59,070 bases of DNA from Candidatus Binatia bacterium (GTDB lineage Bacteria > Desulfobacterota > Binatia > UBA9968), in contig DASWZY010000128.1 of NCBI GenBank assembly GCA_036407055.1, forward strand, positions 1 through 59,070, read 5' to 3'. Both the position numbers and the translations under genes were made by a program. Each line of letters begins with the position of its first letter. Position 1 is the stretch's first letter. Shown here one piece after another: positions 9,766-19,346 of this stretch. Under the pieces are notes generated by a model. It was not told the DNA's origin. It did no database searches and was given only the letters and a program-made list of their open reading frames with translations.

Positions 9766-10956
9766 ATGGGTATTGTCAGGACATTCGTCGAGGAAGACAT
9801 CCCGCGAGTCGCCGAGCTGCATCGGAAAGTCTTTCAGACCGGCGATGCTCCGTCCCTCGATCTTCAACGCGCCTATCGATCTTACTTGACGCGTATTTTT
9901 CTGCGCCATCCGTGGCGCGACCAAAGCGGCATCACCTCGCTCGTGTTCGAGGAGAATTCCGGCGAGATCGCCGGCTTTCTCGGCGTCGTGCCGCGGCCCA
10001 TGTCGTTCAACGGAAGGCCCGTCCGCGCGGCCGTCAGCTCCCAGTTTATCGTCGACCCCGCCCGGCGCTCCACGCTCGCGGCGGTCAAACTGCTCCAAGC
10101 ATTCATCAGCGGCCCGCAGGATCTCTCGATCGCGGATGAGGCGAACGATGCGTCGCGAAAGCTTCTCGAATCGCTCGGCGGCAGCACGGCTCTCCTCTAC
10201 AGCCTCTACTGGTTCCGCATCTTGCAGCCGGCGCGCTTTCTGCTTTCGCGCGCCGGCGCCGGTATGCCGCGGAGCGTCGCACGCGTGCTGCTGCCGGCTT
10301 GCCGACTTATCGACGCCGTGACCGTCCGGCTCCCGCGCAGTCCCCTGCGCCGGTCGGAGCCTTCCGTCACGGGCGTCGATCTCGGCACTGCGCATCTGCT
10401 TGAGTGTCTCTCCCGCGTGCCGCGACGCTGCGCGCTGCGGCCGGAGTACACCGAGCGCTCGCTCGACTGGCTTTTGAGCGTGATCGCGCGCAATCACGAG
10501 TGGGGAGACCTGCGCAAGGTTGCAGTACGCAATGACCGCGGGGAGATCGCCGGCTGGTACATCTACATCGTGGCGCCGAACGGCCTCGGCGAGGTTTTGC
10601 AGATCGGCGCGGATGAGAGGACGATCAAGCTGGTTCTCGACCATCTCTTCGATCACGCGGCGCGCCACGGCGCGTCGGCGCTCTCCGGCCGATTCGAGCC
10701 GAGCTTCGTACAGCAATTCCACGAGAAGTATTCGATGTTCCACCATCGCGGGCATTGGCTGCTGGTTCATTCGAACGACCCCGAGCTGGCGCAGACAATC
10801 CACCGCGGAGACGCCTTTTTGACGCGCTTAGAGGGCGAATGGAGCATGCGGTTCCGGCTTATGGCGCAATGGCCGACACCCCGGCACCGTAAAATTCGCA
10901 TCTCTTACCGCGAGGTCCCGCCGGTTCCACTCGACGTGGCGCGGTCGGCCTCGTAA
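9766..10956 (+). CDS. GNAT-superfamily N-acyltransferase of about 400 aa (Eis-like length)
   Basis: N-terminus IVRTFVEEDIPRVAELHRKVF and GEIAGFLGVVPRP resemble a GNAT core. The C-terminal two thirds are unassigned. Confidence 0.55.
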   Translation: MGIVRTFVEEDIPRVAELHRKVFQTGDAPSLDLQRAYRSYLTRIFLRHPWRDQSGITSLVFEENSGEIAGFLGVVPRPMSFNGRPVRAAVSSQFIVDPARRSTLAAVKLLQAFISGPQDLSIADEANDASRKLLESLGGSTALLYSLYWFRILQPARFLLSRAGAGMPRSVARVLLPACRLIDAVTVRLPRSPLRRSEPSVTGVDLGTAHLLECLSRVPRRCALRPEYTERSLDWLLSVIARNHEWGDLRKVAVRNDRGEIAGWYIYIVAPNGLGEVLQIGADERTIKLVLDHLFDHAARHGASALSGRFEPSFVQQFHEKYSMFHHRGHWLLVHSNDPELAQTIHRGDAFLTRLEGEWSMRFRLMAQWPTPRHRKIRISYREVPPVPLDVARSAS

Positions 10957-10974
10957 CTGAGCCCAGGAGCAAGG

Positions 10975-12741
10975 ATGAATATTATCGGCATCAGCGGCTT
11001 GGAAAACTCCATGGCGTTTAAGCGCCGGCAGTGGCCCGGCCTTGAGGAGCGCGAGTACCGCATGTCGCAGGGATACGACGCCGCCGCGGCGCTGATCGTC
11101 GACGGAGCGCTGGTCGCCGCGGCGGCCGAGGAGCGCTTCAATCGCAAAAAACACAGCGGCGATTTTCCGCGCCAGGCGATCGAATATTGTCTCGCCGAGG
11201 CCGGTATCGAGCTCGACGAAGTCGACGAAATCGCCCATGCGTTCGATTACACGCCTTTCGCCGCGGCGTACTCGGTCGATCCCGTCGGTGCGGCATGTTA
11301 TCGCGAAGTCTATTCCAAAGAAGCGCTGTTAAAATCGGTCGAGCGCCACCTCACAGGCTTTCCGCTCGCGCGCGTGCAGTCGGTCAACCATCACCTGTCG
11401 CACGCGGCAAGCGCGTATTTCACCTCGGGCTGGGAGGAATGTCTCGTCGTCGTGATCGACGGCATGGGGGAAGCGCACAGCGCCTCCGTTTATCGCGCCG
11501 CCGCGGACCGCATGGAGCGCATCCACCAGATTTCCGCCGCCAACTCGATCGGCATTCTATACTCGCTGATCACGTTTCATCTCGGCTTCGATTTCAACGC
11601 GGACGAATACAAGATCATGGGGCTCGCCCCTTATGGAGACCCGGAGAGGTTCCGCTCGTTTTTCGAGCAAACCGTGCTGTTGGGCGAAGACGGCTCGATT
11701 CTTATTCCCATCTTGAAGCTAAACCGGACCCGCGACGAGCGCGAGAACCATCTGCGCACGCGCGAATACCTCGAACGCGAGCTGGTCGCCGCCCGCGATC
11801 CCGAAGCCGAGATCACGGACGCGCATCGAGACGTTGCCGCCGCGCTTCAAGCGTGTCTCGATCGCACCATGCTTCACTTGTGCGGCTATTTCGGGAGAAA
11901 GATGGGTCTCAAGCGCCTCGCGCTCGCCGGCGGCGTGGCCCTCAACTGCACGGCGAACGGCCGGCTACTCTCCTCCGGGCTGTTCGACGATATTTACGTT
12001 CAGCCGGCCGCCGGCGACGACGGCGCGGCGCTCGGCGCCGCGCTTTATCGCGCGTCTGTCAATGGAAAAGTATCCAACGAACGGATCGCGACGCCGTTTT
12101 ACGGACCCGCGCACGGCGCGGCTGACATCGACGAGGCGCTCGCGCGCTTCACCGACCGCATCGAGGCGGTTCGCTTCGCGAGCCTGGACGAAACTTGCCG
12201 GGAAGCCGCGCGGCTGATCGCCGACGGCGGGGTCATCGCGTGGTACCGCGGGCGGATGGAGTTCGGGCCGCGCGCGCTGGGGCACCGTAGCATTCTCGCC
12301 GATCCCGGGCACCCGGAGATGCGCGACCGCATCAACGCGATGGTGAAAATGCGCGAAGCGTTTCGGCCGTTCGCGCCCGCTGTGACCCTCGAACAGGTCC
12401 ACCATTGGTTCGAAGTCGCGCCCATGACCGAGCTGCCCTACATGATCATGACCGTCGACGTGCGCCGGCGCTACCGGCCGGAATTGCCGGCGATCACGCA
12501 TGTGAACGGCTCGGCGCGCGTGCAAACCGTGTCGCGCACGGATAATGCGGATTTTCATTCGCTCCTCACCGCCGTCGGACTGACCACCGGGCGCGAGATG
12601 GTCCTGAACACGAGCTTTAACGTCAAAGGGCAGCCGATCGTCAATTCGCCCGCCGAAGCGCTCGAAACTTTCCTTGGCACAGGAATAGATTTTCTCTTCC
12701 TGGACAACACGCTCGTGCGGCGCCGTCGGGAACCGGCATAA
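10975..12741 (+). CDS. NodU/CmcH-family carbamoyltransferase
   Basis: MNIIGISG...YDAAAALIVDGALVAAAAEERFNRKKH, VNHHLSHAASAYF, LALAGGVALNC, GPRALGHRSILADP, NTSFNVKGQPIV. Confidence 0.9.
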   Translation: MNIIGISGLENSMAFKRRQWPGLEEREYRMSQGYDAAAALIVDGALVAAAAEERFNRKKHSGDFPRQAIEYCLAEAGIELDEVDEIAHAFDYTPFAAAYSVDPVGAACYREVYSKEALLKSVERHLTGFPLARVQSVNHHLSHAASAYFTSGWEECLVVVIDGMGEAHSASVYRAAADRMERIHQISAANSIGILYSLITFHLGFDFNADEYKIMGLAPYGDPERFRSFFEQTVLLGEDGSILIPILKLNRTRDERENHLRTREYLERELVAARDPEAEITDAHRDVAAALQACLDRTMLHLCGYFGRKMGLKRLALAGGVALNCTANGRLLSSGLFDDIYVQPAAGDDGAALGAALYRASVNGKVSNERIATPFYGPAHGAADIDEALARFTDRIEAVRFASLDETCREAARLIADGGVIAWYRGRMEFGPRALGHRSILADPGHPEMRDRINAMVKMREAFRPFAPAVTLEQVHHWFEVAPMTELPYMIMTVDVRRRYRPELPAITHVNGSARVQTVSRTDNADFHSLLTAVGLTTGREMVLNTSFNVKGQPIVNSPAEALETFLGTGIDFLFLDNTLVRRRREPA

Positions 12742-12743
12742 GC

Positions 12744-13925
12744 ATGAATCTTCCATCGATCCAAAAAGTCGACACGACGGAAGCGTTCGAGAATCTCAAA
12801 TCCACATGGCGAGAGCTTCTCGAATCCAGCTCTGCGAATTGCTTTTTCCTGACGTGGGAATGGCTTTTCACTTGGTGGACCCATCTCGCCGGAGAACGGA
12901 AACTCTTTATCCTGACCGTTCGGTCGGGAGACGAGACGATCGGCATCGCACCCCTGGTTGAGCGGCCGGTGCGATTCGGCGGTTCGCTGCGCTCGCTGGA
13001 ATTTCTAGCTTCAGGGGCGATCGGCTCCGATTATCTCGACCTGATTGTTCGACGCGGATACGAAGTCGAAGCTGTCGAAAGCATCGCCGGCTATCTTGCG
13101 GAGCGAAAACTGATGCTCGCGTTGAGCCAACTCGGAAGCTCTGCTTTAGCGTGGCGGCTGGTGCGGAGGCTCGAGAAGCGAAGCGGGTATCGTCCATTCC
13201 CGTTGACAACCGATGTATGCCCATACATCGATTTGGCCGGCCATACTTGGACTTCGTACTTGAGCACTCTCGGTTCTTCTCACCGAGCGAATCTTCTCAG
13301 AAGGTGCAAGCAGGTAGACCGCGAATTCCAAATGCGGTTCACGCGCGCGCGTAGCGAAGAAATGCGGAGCGAGTTCCTTGCGATCCTTGTCGAGCTGCAT
13401 CGAAAGCGTTGGAGCGGGAAAGGTGCCTCGGAAGCATTCTCGACTCCGGACATGATCGCATTCCATCAGGAGCTTTCCCGGCTCGCCCTCGCGCGGGGCT
13501 GGCTCAGGCTGTTTGTGCTTTGGCTGGACGACCGTCCGGCTGCGGCGCTTTACGGCTTTTGCCGGAACGACCGGTTTTACTTTTTCCAATCGGGGCTCGA
13601 TCCGGGGTACTCCCGCTACAGCGTCGGCCTCGTGACCATGGGCTTAGCGATCAAAAGCGCTCTCGAAGAGGGCGCGGAAGAATACGATCTGTTGCACGGC
13701 GACGAAAGCTATAAGTTTCTCTGGGCGCGGCGCAAGCGGAGCATTCATAAGCTTCAACTCTATCCTCCCGGCGTGGCGGGCCTGGTGCAAGGAAATCTTT
13801 CGCATGCGGGACACCTCGCACGAAAAGTCGGTTGGACGATTCTCCCGAAGGCTATGGCCGAGAGAATCGCGACGGCAAGGCGGAGGGCTCAGTTGAAAGG
13901 ACATTATGCTACGCAATCTCGTTAA
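12744..13925 (+). CDS. FemAB/CelD-like GNAT acyltransferase (copy 1)
   Basis: W..LL..S...CFFLTWEW N-terminus, HRANLLRRCK, and C-terminal YDLLHGDESYKFLWA typical of CelD/BioF2-like acetyltransferases. Confidence 0.75.
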   Translation: MNLPSIQKVDTTEAFENLKSTWRELLESSSANCFFLTWEWLFTWWTHLAGERKLFILTVRSGDETIGIAPLVERPVRFGGSLRSLEFLASGAIGSDYLDLIVRRGYEVEAVESIAGYLAERKLMLALSQLGSSALAWRLVRRLEKRSGYRPFPLTTDVCPYIDLAGHTWTSYLSTLGSSHRANLLRRCKQVDREFQMRFTRARSEEMRSEFLAILVELHRKRWSGKGASEAFSTPDMIAFHQELSRLALARGWLRLFVLWLDDRPAAALYGFCRNDRFYFFQSGLDPGYSRYSVGLVTMGLAIKSALEEGAEEYDLLHGDESYKFLWARRKRSIHKLQLYPPGVAGLVQGNLSHAGHLARKVGWTILPKAMAERIATARRRAQLKGHYATQSR

Positions 13926-15003
13926 AACCGGCGCCGCGTCAGCGCTCCACTGGAGCGGTGTCACACGGTGGATCGGAAACGATGCGCCTCTCGTCCTGAG
14001 TTACCACAGAGTGGTGGAGGATTCTTCGAAACACGTAGGCGATTCCATTCCACCGATGCTCGTCACTATGGAGATGCTGGAGCGGCAGCTCGACTGGCTT
14101 GGAGGTCGCTACACTTTCGTCTCTCTCGATGAGCTGGCGGCGGCGATTGAAGAGGGCAGGAAAACTGCGCCGCGAATCGCCGCCGTCACATTCGACGACG
14201 GCTACGCCGACGTCTACCATCATGCGCTGCCGCTGCTGAAGCGCAAAGGAATCCCAGCGGCCGTCTTCGTCGTCAGCGACCTGATCGGAACCCAAAGGAT
14301 GCAATATCACGACCAGCTTTATCTGCTGCTCGTCCGTGCGTTCGCGTCGAAATCGCCGCGCGGGGTCATCTCACATCTTCGTAAATCGGGGATACGTCCT
14401 CCGGAGCCCGACAGCTTGAGCAACGGCGGCATCGACTACTCGAAGATTGTGAACTCTCTTTTGGCGCTGCTGCCGCGCGCCGAAATCGAGCGCTTCATCG
14501 CCATCCTCGAAGAGGAAACGCACTTCGTTCCCGCGCCGCTGGAGACGCATCGCTCCCTCACCTGGGAGATGCTCGACGAGATGCATCGCGCGGGCGTGGT
14601 TATCGGATCCCACACTCGGACGCATGCGGTGCTGCCGAACGAAAGCCCGGAAAAAGTGCTCGAAGAGATCGAGGGCTCGCGCATCGAGCTGGAGCGACGG
14701 TTGAAGATTAGCGTGCGCCACTTTGCCTATCCCGACGGAAGATTCAACCAATCGACGGTCAATGCCGTCGCCGCTTCGGGATACAGGTACGCTTACACGA
14801 CCGGCCGAATCCGCCAGTCGAGTTATCCCCTGTTCACCATTCCGCGGCGTGTCTTGTGGGAAAATTCATGCACCGATCCCATCGGCCGCTTTTCGCCGGC
14901 ACTGCTGGATTGTCTCATCCATGGCATTTTCGATCGCGGCACGCCGTCTGCCAGAGAGCACGCGGCGGAGAGGTTTTCCCGGCCTTATGAACTCAACTTT
15001 TAA
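13906..15003 (+). CDS. Polysaccharide deacetylase (NodB/CE4)
   Basis: AAVTFDDGYADVY (TFDDG motif), GSHTRTHAVL (H-x-x-x-H), HFAYPDGRF. Confidence 0.85.
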   Translation: MLRNLVKTGAASALHWSGVTRWIGNDAPLVLSYHRVVEDSSKHVGDSIPPMLVTMEMLERQLDWLGGRYTFVSLDELAAAIEEGRKTAPRIAAVTFDDGYADVYHHALPLLKRKGIPAAVFVVSDLIGTQRMQYHDQLYLLLVRAFASKSPRGVISHLRKSGIRPPEPDSLSNGGIDYSKIVNSLLALLPRAEIERFIAILEEETHFVPAPLETHRSLTWEMLDEMHRAGVVIGSHTRTHAVLPNESPEKVLEEIEGSRIELERRLKISVRHFAYPDGRFNQSTVNAVAASGYRYAYTTGRIRQSSYPLFTIPRRVLWENSCTDPIGRFSPALLDCLIHGIFDRGTPSAREHAAERFSRPYELNF

Positions 15004-16480
15004 GCCTGCGCTTCTGCTGATGGGCGGAAGGATGGTGGCTTTTGCCGCGACATTCTTCATTCCAGTCGTCCTGGTGCGAGTTTTCGACCAGACCGAATTC
15101 GGCACCTACAAGCAGCTATTCCTCGTTTACGCGACTCTCTTCGGCATCTTGCAATTCGGCATGGCGGAGAGCCTTTACTACTTCCTACCCCTTGGCCACC
15201 GGAAAGGCGGACGCTACACCGCGAATGCGTTGGTCTCTTTGGCCGGCGCCGGCATCGTAGGTCTCGCGCTTGTCGTATGGAAGGCGCCGCTCATCGCCAG
15301 CTGGCTCGGCAACGGCGCGCTGGCCGCGTACCTGCCGGCTTTGGGAGTGTATGTTCTGTTGAGCGTCCTCTCGGTCACGCTCGAGATCATCATGACTTCG
15401 CGCCAGCAGTTTTTTACAACGGCCGCAAGCTACGCGATCTCCGAAATCGTTCGCGCCGCCGCTTTCATCGTACCGGTACTGCTGACACGCCAGCTCGAAT
15501 GGCTGCTGGTAGGGGTGATCGCATTTGCGGCCGCCCGCCTGGCTGCGACGGTGATTTACGTGTTCCACGAATTCGGCCGAGACGTTTTTCCCCACGCCGC
15601 AGCGTTGAGAGAACAACTTGTTTATGCGCTGCCGTTCTTCGGATCCAGCCTCCTGGCGGACTGGGCGTCGCAGTTTCATCAATATGCCGTTTCGCACTAC
15701 TTCGACACGGCGACGTTTGCGATTTATGCGGTCGGCTGCATGAATATTCCACTCGTCGAGCTGGTTCACAGCCCCGTCGGCAATGTCATGATGGTCAGGA
15801 TGGCCGAATACGTGAAAGACCGCGACGACGACGCCGTGCTCGCGATCTGGAACGACACGACGAGGAAGCTCGCGCTGGTTTTCTTCCCCATGCTCGGATT
15901 CCTCCTGGTCAGCGCCCGTGAAGTGATCGTGTTTCTTTTCACCAGCAATTACCTCGCCAGCGTCCCGATATTCATGATCTGGTCGATCAGCGTCCTGCTG
16001 CCGGTGCTGCAGACCGACGCCGTACTGCGCGTCTATGCCGAAACCCGATTTTTGCTCTACGCCTCCGCCTTTAAACTCGCGGCAAGCGTCGTCTTCATTC
16101 TCGCTTTCATACGACTGTTCGATGTGTGGGGCGCGGCTCTCATCACGCTGATCGTATCGTTTGCAACCAAATTTATCTGCGTCGCGCGATTTAAGCACAT
16201 CGCTAAGGTCACGCTTCCGGAGCTTCTGCCGTGGAAAAGCCTGGCGGCGAACGCCGGCGTGACTGCGGCGGCGTACGCGGTGACACTTTTGATCAAATCG
16301 CAACTGCAGGCCCGCACGCTTGTGATTCTCATGGTCACGGGGACCGTGTTCGGTGTCACGTATGCCATTCTGGCGCTATTGGCGGGAGTTATATCCAGCG
16401 ACGAACGGCAGGCGCTCGTCGACTCGTTGCAGCGCATCCCGGTGCGCCTGGCAAAAGTCGGCGCACTGCTGAAAGATTAG
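14987..16480 (+). CDS. MOP/Wzx-type polysaccharide flippase
   Basis: About 12-14 TM helices across roughly 497 aa. N-terminus MNSTFKPALLLMGGRMVAFAATFFIPVVLVRVF is typical of polysaccharide-biosynthesis (Wzx) proteins. Start set to ATG 14987, because the 14723-14986 part of the ORF lies inside the deacetylase gene. Confidence 0.75.
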   Translation: MNSTFKPALLLMGGRMVAFAATFFIPVVLVRVFDQTEFGTYKQLFLVYATLFGILQFGMAESLYYFLPLGHRKGGRYTANALVSLAGAGIVGLALVVWKAPLIASWLGNGALAAYLPALGVYVLLSVLSVTLEIIMTSRQQFFTTAASYAISEIVRAAAFIVPVLLTRQLEWLLVGVIAFAAARLAATVIYVFHEFGRDVFPHAAALREQLVYALPFFGSSLLADWASQFHQYAVSHYFDTATFAIYAVGCMNIPLVELVHSPVGNVMMVRMAEYVKDRDDDAVLAIWNDTTRKLALVFFPMLGFLLVSAREVIVFLFTSNYLASVPIFMIWSISVLLPVLQTDAVLRVYAETRFLLYASAFKLAASVVFILAFIRLFDVWGAALITLIVSFATKFICVARFKHIAKVTLPELLPWKSLAANAGVTAAAYAVTLLIKSQLQARTLVILMVTGTVFGVTYAILALLAGVISSDERQALVDSLQRIPVRLAKVGALLKD

Positions 16481-16494
16481 ACCGAGACACCTCC

Positions 16495-18402
16495 ATGTGC
16501 GGCATTGCGGGAATTTTCAGCTTCGGCGACGCGCCGGTCGAGGAAACGGAGCTTCGGCGTATGTGCGCCGCGATCGTCCACCGCGGCCCCGACGACGACG
16601 GCTTTTACTTCGGAGCGCGCGTCGGCTTGGGCATGCGGCGGCTGAGCATCATCGATCTTGCCACCGGACATCAACCGGTGCGCAACGAAGACGGCTCGGT
16701 GTGGGTTGTCTTTAACGGGGAGATCTACAATTTCAGAGACCTCCGCCTCGATCTCCAAAGGCGCGGGCACGCCTTTTACACCTCGACGGACACCGAAGTC
16801 ATCGCGCACCTGTATGAGGAATACGGCGAGCACTGTGTCGAGCCGATGCGCGGCATGTTCACCTTCGCGATCTGGGATGCCCGCCGCGAGACTTTGCTAT
16901 TAGGCCGCGACCGCCTGGGCGTGAAGCCGCTGTACTACGCCGAGACCGGCGGCCGGCTGGTTTTTGCATCGGAGCTGAAATCGATACTGGAACTGCCCGA
17001 TATCGAGCGGCGGCTCAGCGCGCGCGCATTGAGCGCGCTTTTGACGTCGCAGTGTACGCCATCCGACCAAAGCATCGTCGAAGATGTGAAGAAGCTGGAG
17101 CCGGGGCACGTCTTGATTGCTGCGCCGCACCGCAAGCCCGTCGTCCGACACTACTGGGACGTGCGCTTCGAGCCCGAAACCGGCCGGAGCGAAGCCTACT
17201 TCGTCGAAAAACTGCGCGAGCTTTTAACCGAATCGGTGCGTTTGCGGCTCGTCAGCGACGTCCCGCTGGGTGCGTTCTTGAGCGGCGGCATCGATTCGAG
17301 CTCGGTCGTCGCGACGATGGCGAAACTCGTCGCGTCACCGGTCAAGACATTTTCCATCGGCTTCAAGGAAAATCGCTACAACGAGCTCGATCACGCGCGC
17401 GCCGTCAGCAAACAATTCGGCACCGAACATCACGAGTTAATTCTCGAGCCCGACGCTCTATCGGTCCTCGACAGTATCATCTGGCATCTCGACGAGCCCC
17501 TGGGGGACGCCTCGTGTATTCCGACGTACATGGTGTCGAAGCTCGCGTCGCAGCACGTCAAGGTCGCGCTCTCGGGCGACGGCGGGGACGAGATCTTCGC
17601 CGGCTACAGCCACTATATCGACGAGGCGGGCGAGCGAAGAATCCATGTGCCTACACCGTTGCGAAAAGTGCTCCGGGGCGCCGCCAAATTGATGCCGATA
17701 GGCATGACGGGGAGAAACTACGTCTATCACTACTCGCTCGACGGCACCGAGCGCTACCTCGATTGGCTTACGCTTTTTCCGCAGGACGATAAAAAGTCGC
17801 TGTTTCAGCCGGAGATCCTCGAGATGATCGGCGCTTTCGTTCCGCTGGAATGGGAGCGCGAAGCGCTCCGCCGCGCCGGCAACGACTGGCTTTCCGGCGC
17901 TCAGTATCTCGATATTCACCGATACTTGCCGCTCGACATCCTCGTGAAGGTCGATCGGATGAGCATGGCGCATTCTATCGAGGCGCGCGAGCCGCTGCTC
18001 GATCATAAACTCGTCGAATTCGCCGCGACGATTCCGGCCGAGCTGAGGCTCAGGGGCGGAACGACGAAGTACATCTTCAAGCAGGCGATGCGCGGCATTC
18101 TGCCCGACGCGATCATCGACCGGCCGAAGCAGGGGTTCGGCGTGCCGCTCGAGCACTGGTTTCGCGGCCGTCTCTCGAGCTTCGTCCGCGATCTCCTGCT
18201 GTCGCGGCGCAGCCGCGAGCGCGGCATCTTCAACCCCGCGCATATCGAGAAGCTTTTGAGAATCCACGAAAGCGGCCGCCGCCGCGATACGGAGCTTTGG
18301 CTGCTGATTTCCATCGAGCTGTGGTGCCGGACCTTTCTTGACGTTTCCGCCGCCTCCACGGCAGCGACAAGAATGAGAGAGCCCATTCGAATAACCGCCT
18401 GA
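16495..18402 (+). CDS. Asparagine-synthase-like glutamine amidotransferase (copy 1)
   Basis: Ntn Cys start MCGIAG. PP-loop FLSGGIDSSSVVA. Long AsnB-type C-terminus. The ORF upstream of 16495 overlaps the flippase. Confidence 0.9.
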   Translation: MCGIAGIFSFGDAPVEETELRRMCAAIVHRGPDDDGFYFGARVGLGMRRLSIIDLATGHQPVRNEDGSVWVVFNGEIYNFRDLRLDLQRRGHAFYTSTDTEVIAHLYEEYGEHCVEPMRGMFTFAIWDARRETLLLGRDRLGVKPLYYAETGGRLVFASELKSILELPDIERRLSARALSALLTSQCTPSDQSIVEDVKKLEPGHVLIAAPHRKPVVRHYWDVRFEPETGRSEAYFVEKLRELLTESVRLRLVSDVPLGAFLSGGIDSSSVVATMAKLVASPVKTFSIGFKENRYNELDHARAVSKQFGTEHHELILEPDALSVLDSIIWHLDEPLGDASCIPTYMVSKLASQHVKVALSGDGGDEIFAGYSHYIDEAGERRIHVPTPLRKVLRGAAKLMPIGMTGRNYVYHYSLDGTERYLDWLTLFPQDDKKSLFQPEILEMIGAFVPLEWEREALRRAGNDWLSGAQYLDIHRYLPLDILVKVDRMSMAHSIEAREPLLDHKLVEFAATIPAELRLRGGTTKYIFKQAMRGILPDAIIDRPKQGFGVPLEHWFRGRLSSFVRDLLLSRRSRERGIFNPAHIEKLLRIHESGRRRDTELWLLISIELWCRTFLDVSAASTAATRMREPIRITA

Positions 18403-18440
18403 CAAATTGTCACAAGGCTGATGAGTTCCGGAGGTAGCCT

Positions 18441-19346
18441 ATGTATACCGTCGAACACTTGGCCAATATTCGATTGTACGAGCTCGAGCGAGTTTCCCCC
18501 TATGTACGCAAAGGCTCGAAAGTTCTTGAAATCGGCGCCGGCATGGGCTTGCAGGCCAAACAATTGAGCGAACTGGGCGTCCGCGTCACGGCGATCGACG
18601 TTCCCTCCAGCTTTTACAAACCCGACCAAATATGGCCCGTCATCGAATACGATGGCGTCCATATTCCGTTCCCCGATGATTATTTCGACGTGGTCTTCAG
18701 TTCGAATGTTCTGGAACACATTCCCCACGTTCTGTCATTTCAAGCCGAATTGCAGCGCGTGCTGAAGCCCGACGGTATCGCGATCCATATTTTGCCGTCG
18801 GCGTGTTGGCGGATTGCCAGCACCATCGCTCATTACGCATGGGTTGTAGACGGCGCGTTCAAGCACTTCTTAAAGCGCAGATCGACTTTCGAAATCGAAG
18901 AAGCCGGTAATCCACGCAGCGAGCCTGCGAACAACAAACCGCGCCTAATCAGGACTCTCATCGCGCCCGAAAGACATGGAGAGTTCGGCAACACGATCAC
19001 GGAAATGTATTATTTCAGCAAATTTCGCTGGAACCGTTTATTCAATGCAACAGGATGGACGATCGAAGAGCATTCTTCGAATCGATTGTTTTATACCGGC
19101 TATTGTATCTTGGGTTTGAAGCTGTCGATCCGCGCGCGCCGCCTTTTGAGCTATGTCTTCGGCAGCGCGTGTCATGTGTTTATATTGAGAAAAGCTCCGG
19201 CGCCGGCGTTTGCCGCGGAGCGCGTCGCCGACTCAGGCGCAGACCGCCGCACCGTGGCGGCCCTTATCAAGGCCGTTGTCCCCTTATACTGCTTCGCGTC
19301 TCAGCTTTGCGACTTCTCGATACTTTCTGACTTCCAGATATTATGA
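18441..19346 (+). CDS. Class I SAM-dependent methyltransferase
   Basis: Motif I KVLEIGAGMGLQA, FDVVFSSNVLEHIP, LKPDGIAIHILP. GGAGGT Shine-Dalgarno (SD) sequence upstream. Visibly more AT-rich than its neighbours. Confidence 0.8.
   Translation: MYTVEHLANIRLYELERVSPYVRKGSKVLEIGAGMGLQAKQLSELGVRVTAIDVPSSFYKPDQIWPVIEYDGVHIPFPDDYFDVVFSSNVLEHIPHVLSFQAELQRVLKPDGIAIHILPSACWRIASTIAHYAWVVDGAFKHFLKRRSTFEIEEAGNPRSEPANNKPRLIRTLIAPERHGEFGNTITEMYYFSKFRWNRLFNATGWTIEEHSSNRLFYTGYCILGLKLSIRARRLLSYVFGSACHVFILRKAPAPAFAAERVADSGADRRTVAALIKAVVPLYCFASQLCDFSILSDFQIL

Noticed and set aside
9712-10803. 363-aa minus-strand ORF. Similar cases: 15185-16303, 17458-18405, 35230-36084, 11965-12756 on the minus strand; 45321-46106, 49779-50507, 51958-52818, 54869-55507 on the plus strand.
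   Set aside because: All are antisense or off-frame to genes with strong family signatures, and none has a recognisable motif or SD. They are treated as GC-driven shadow ORFs.
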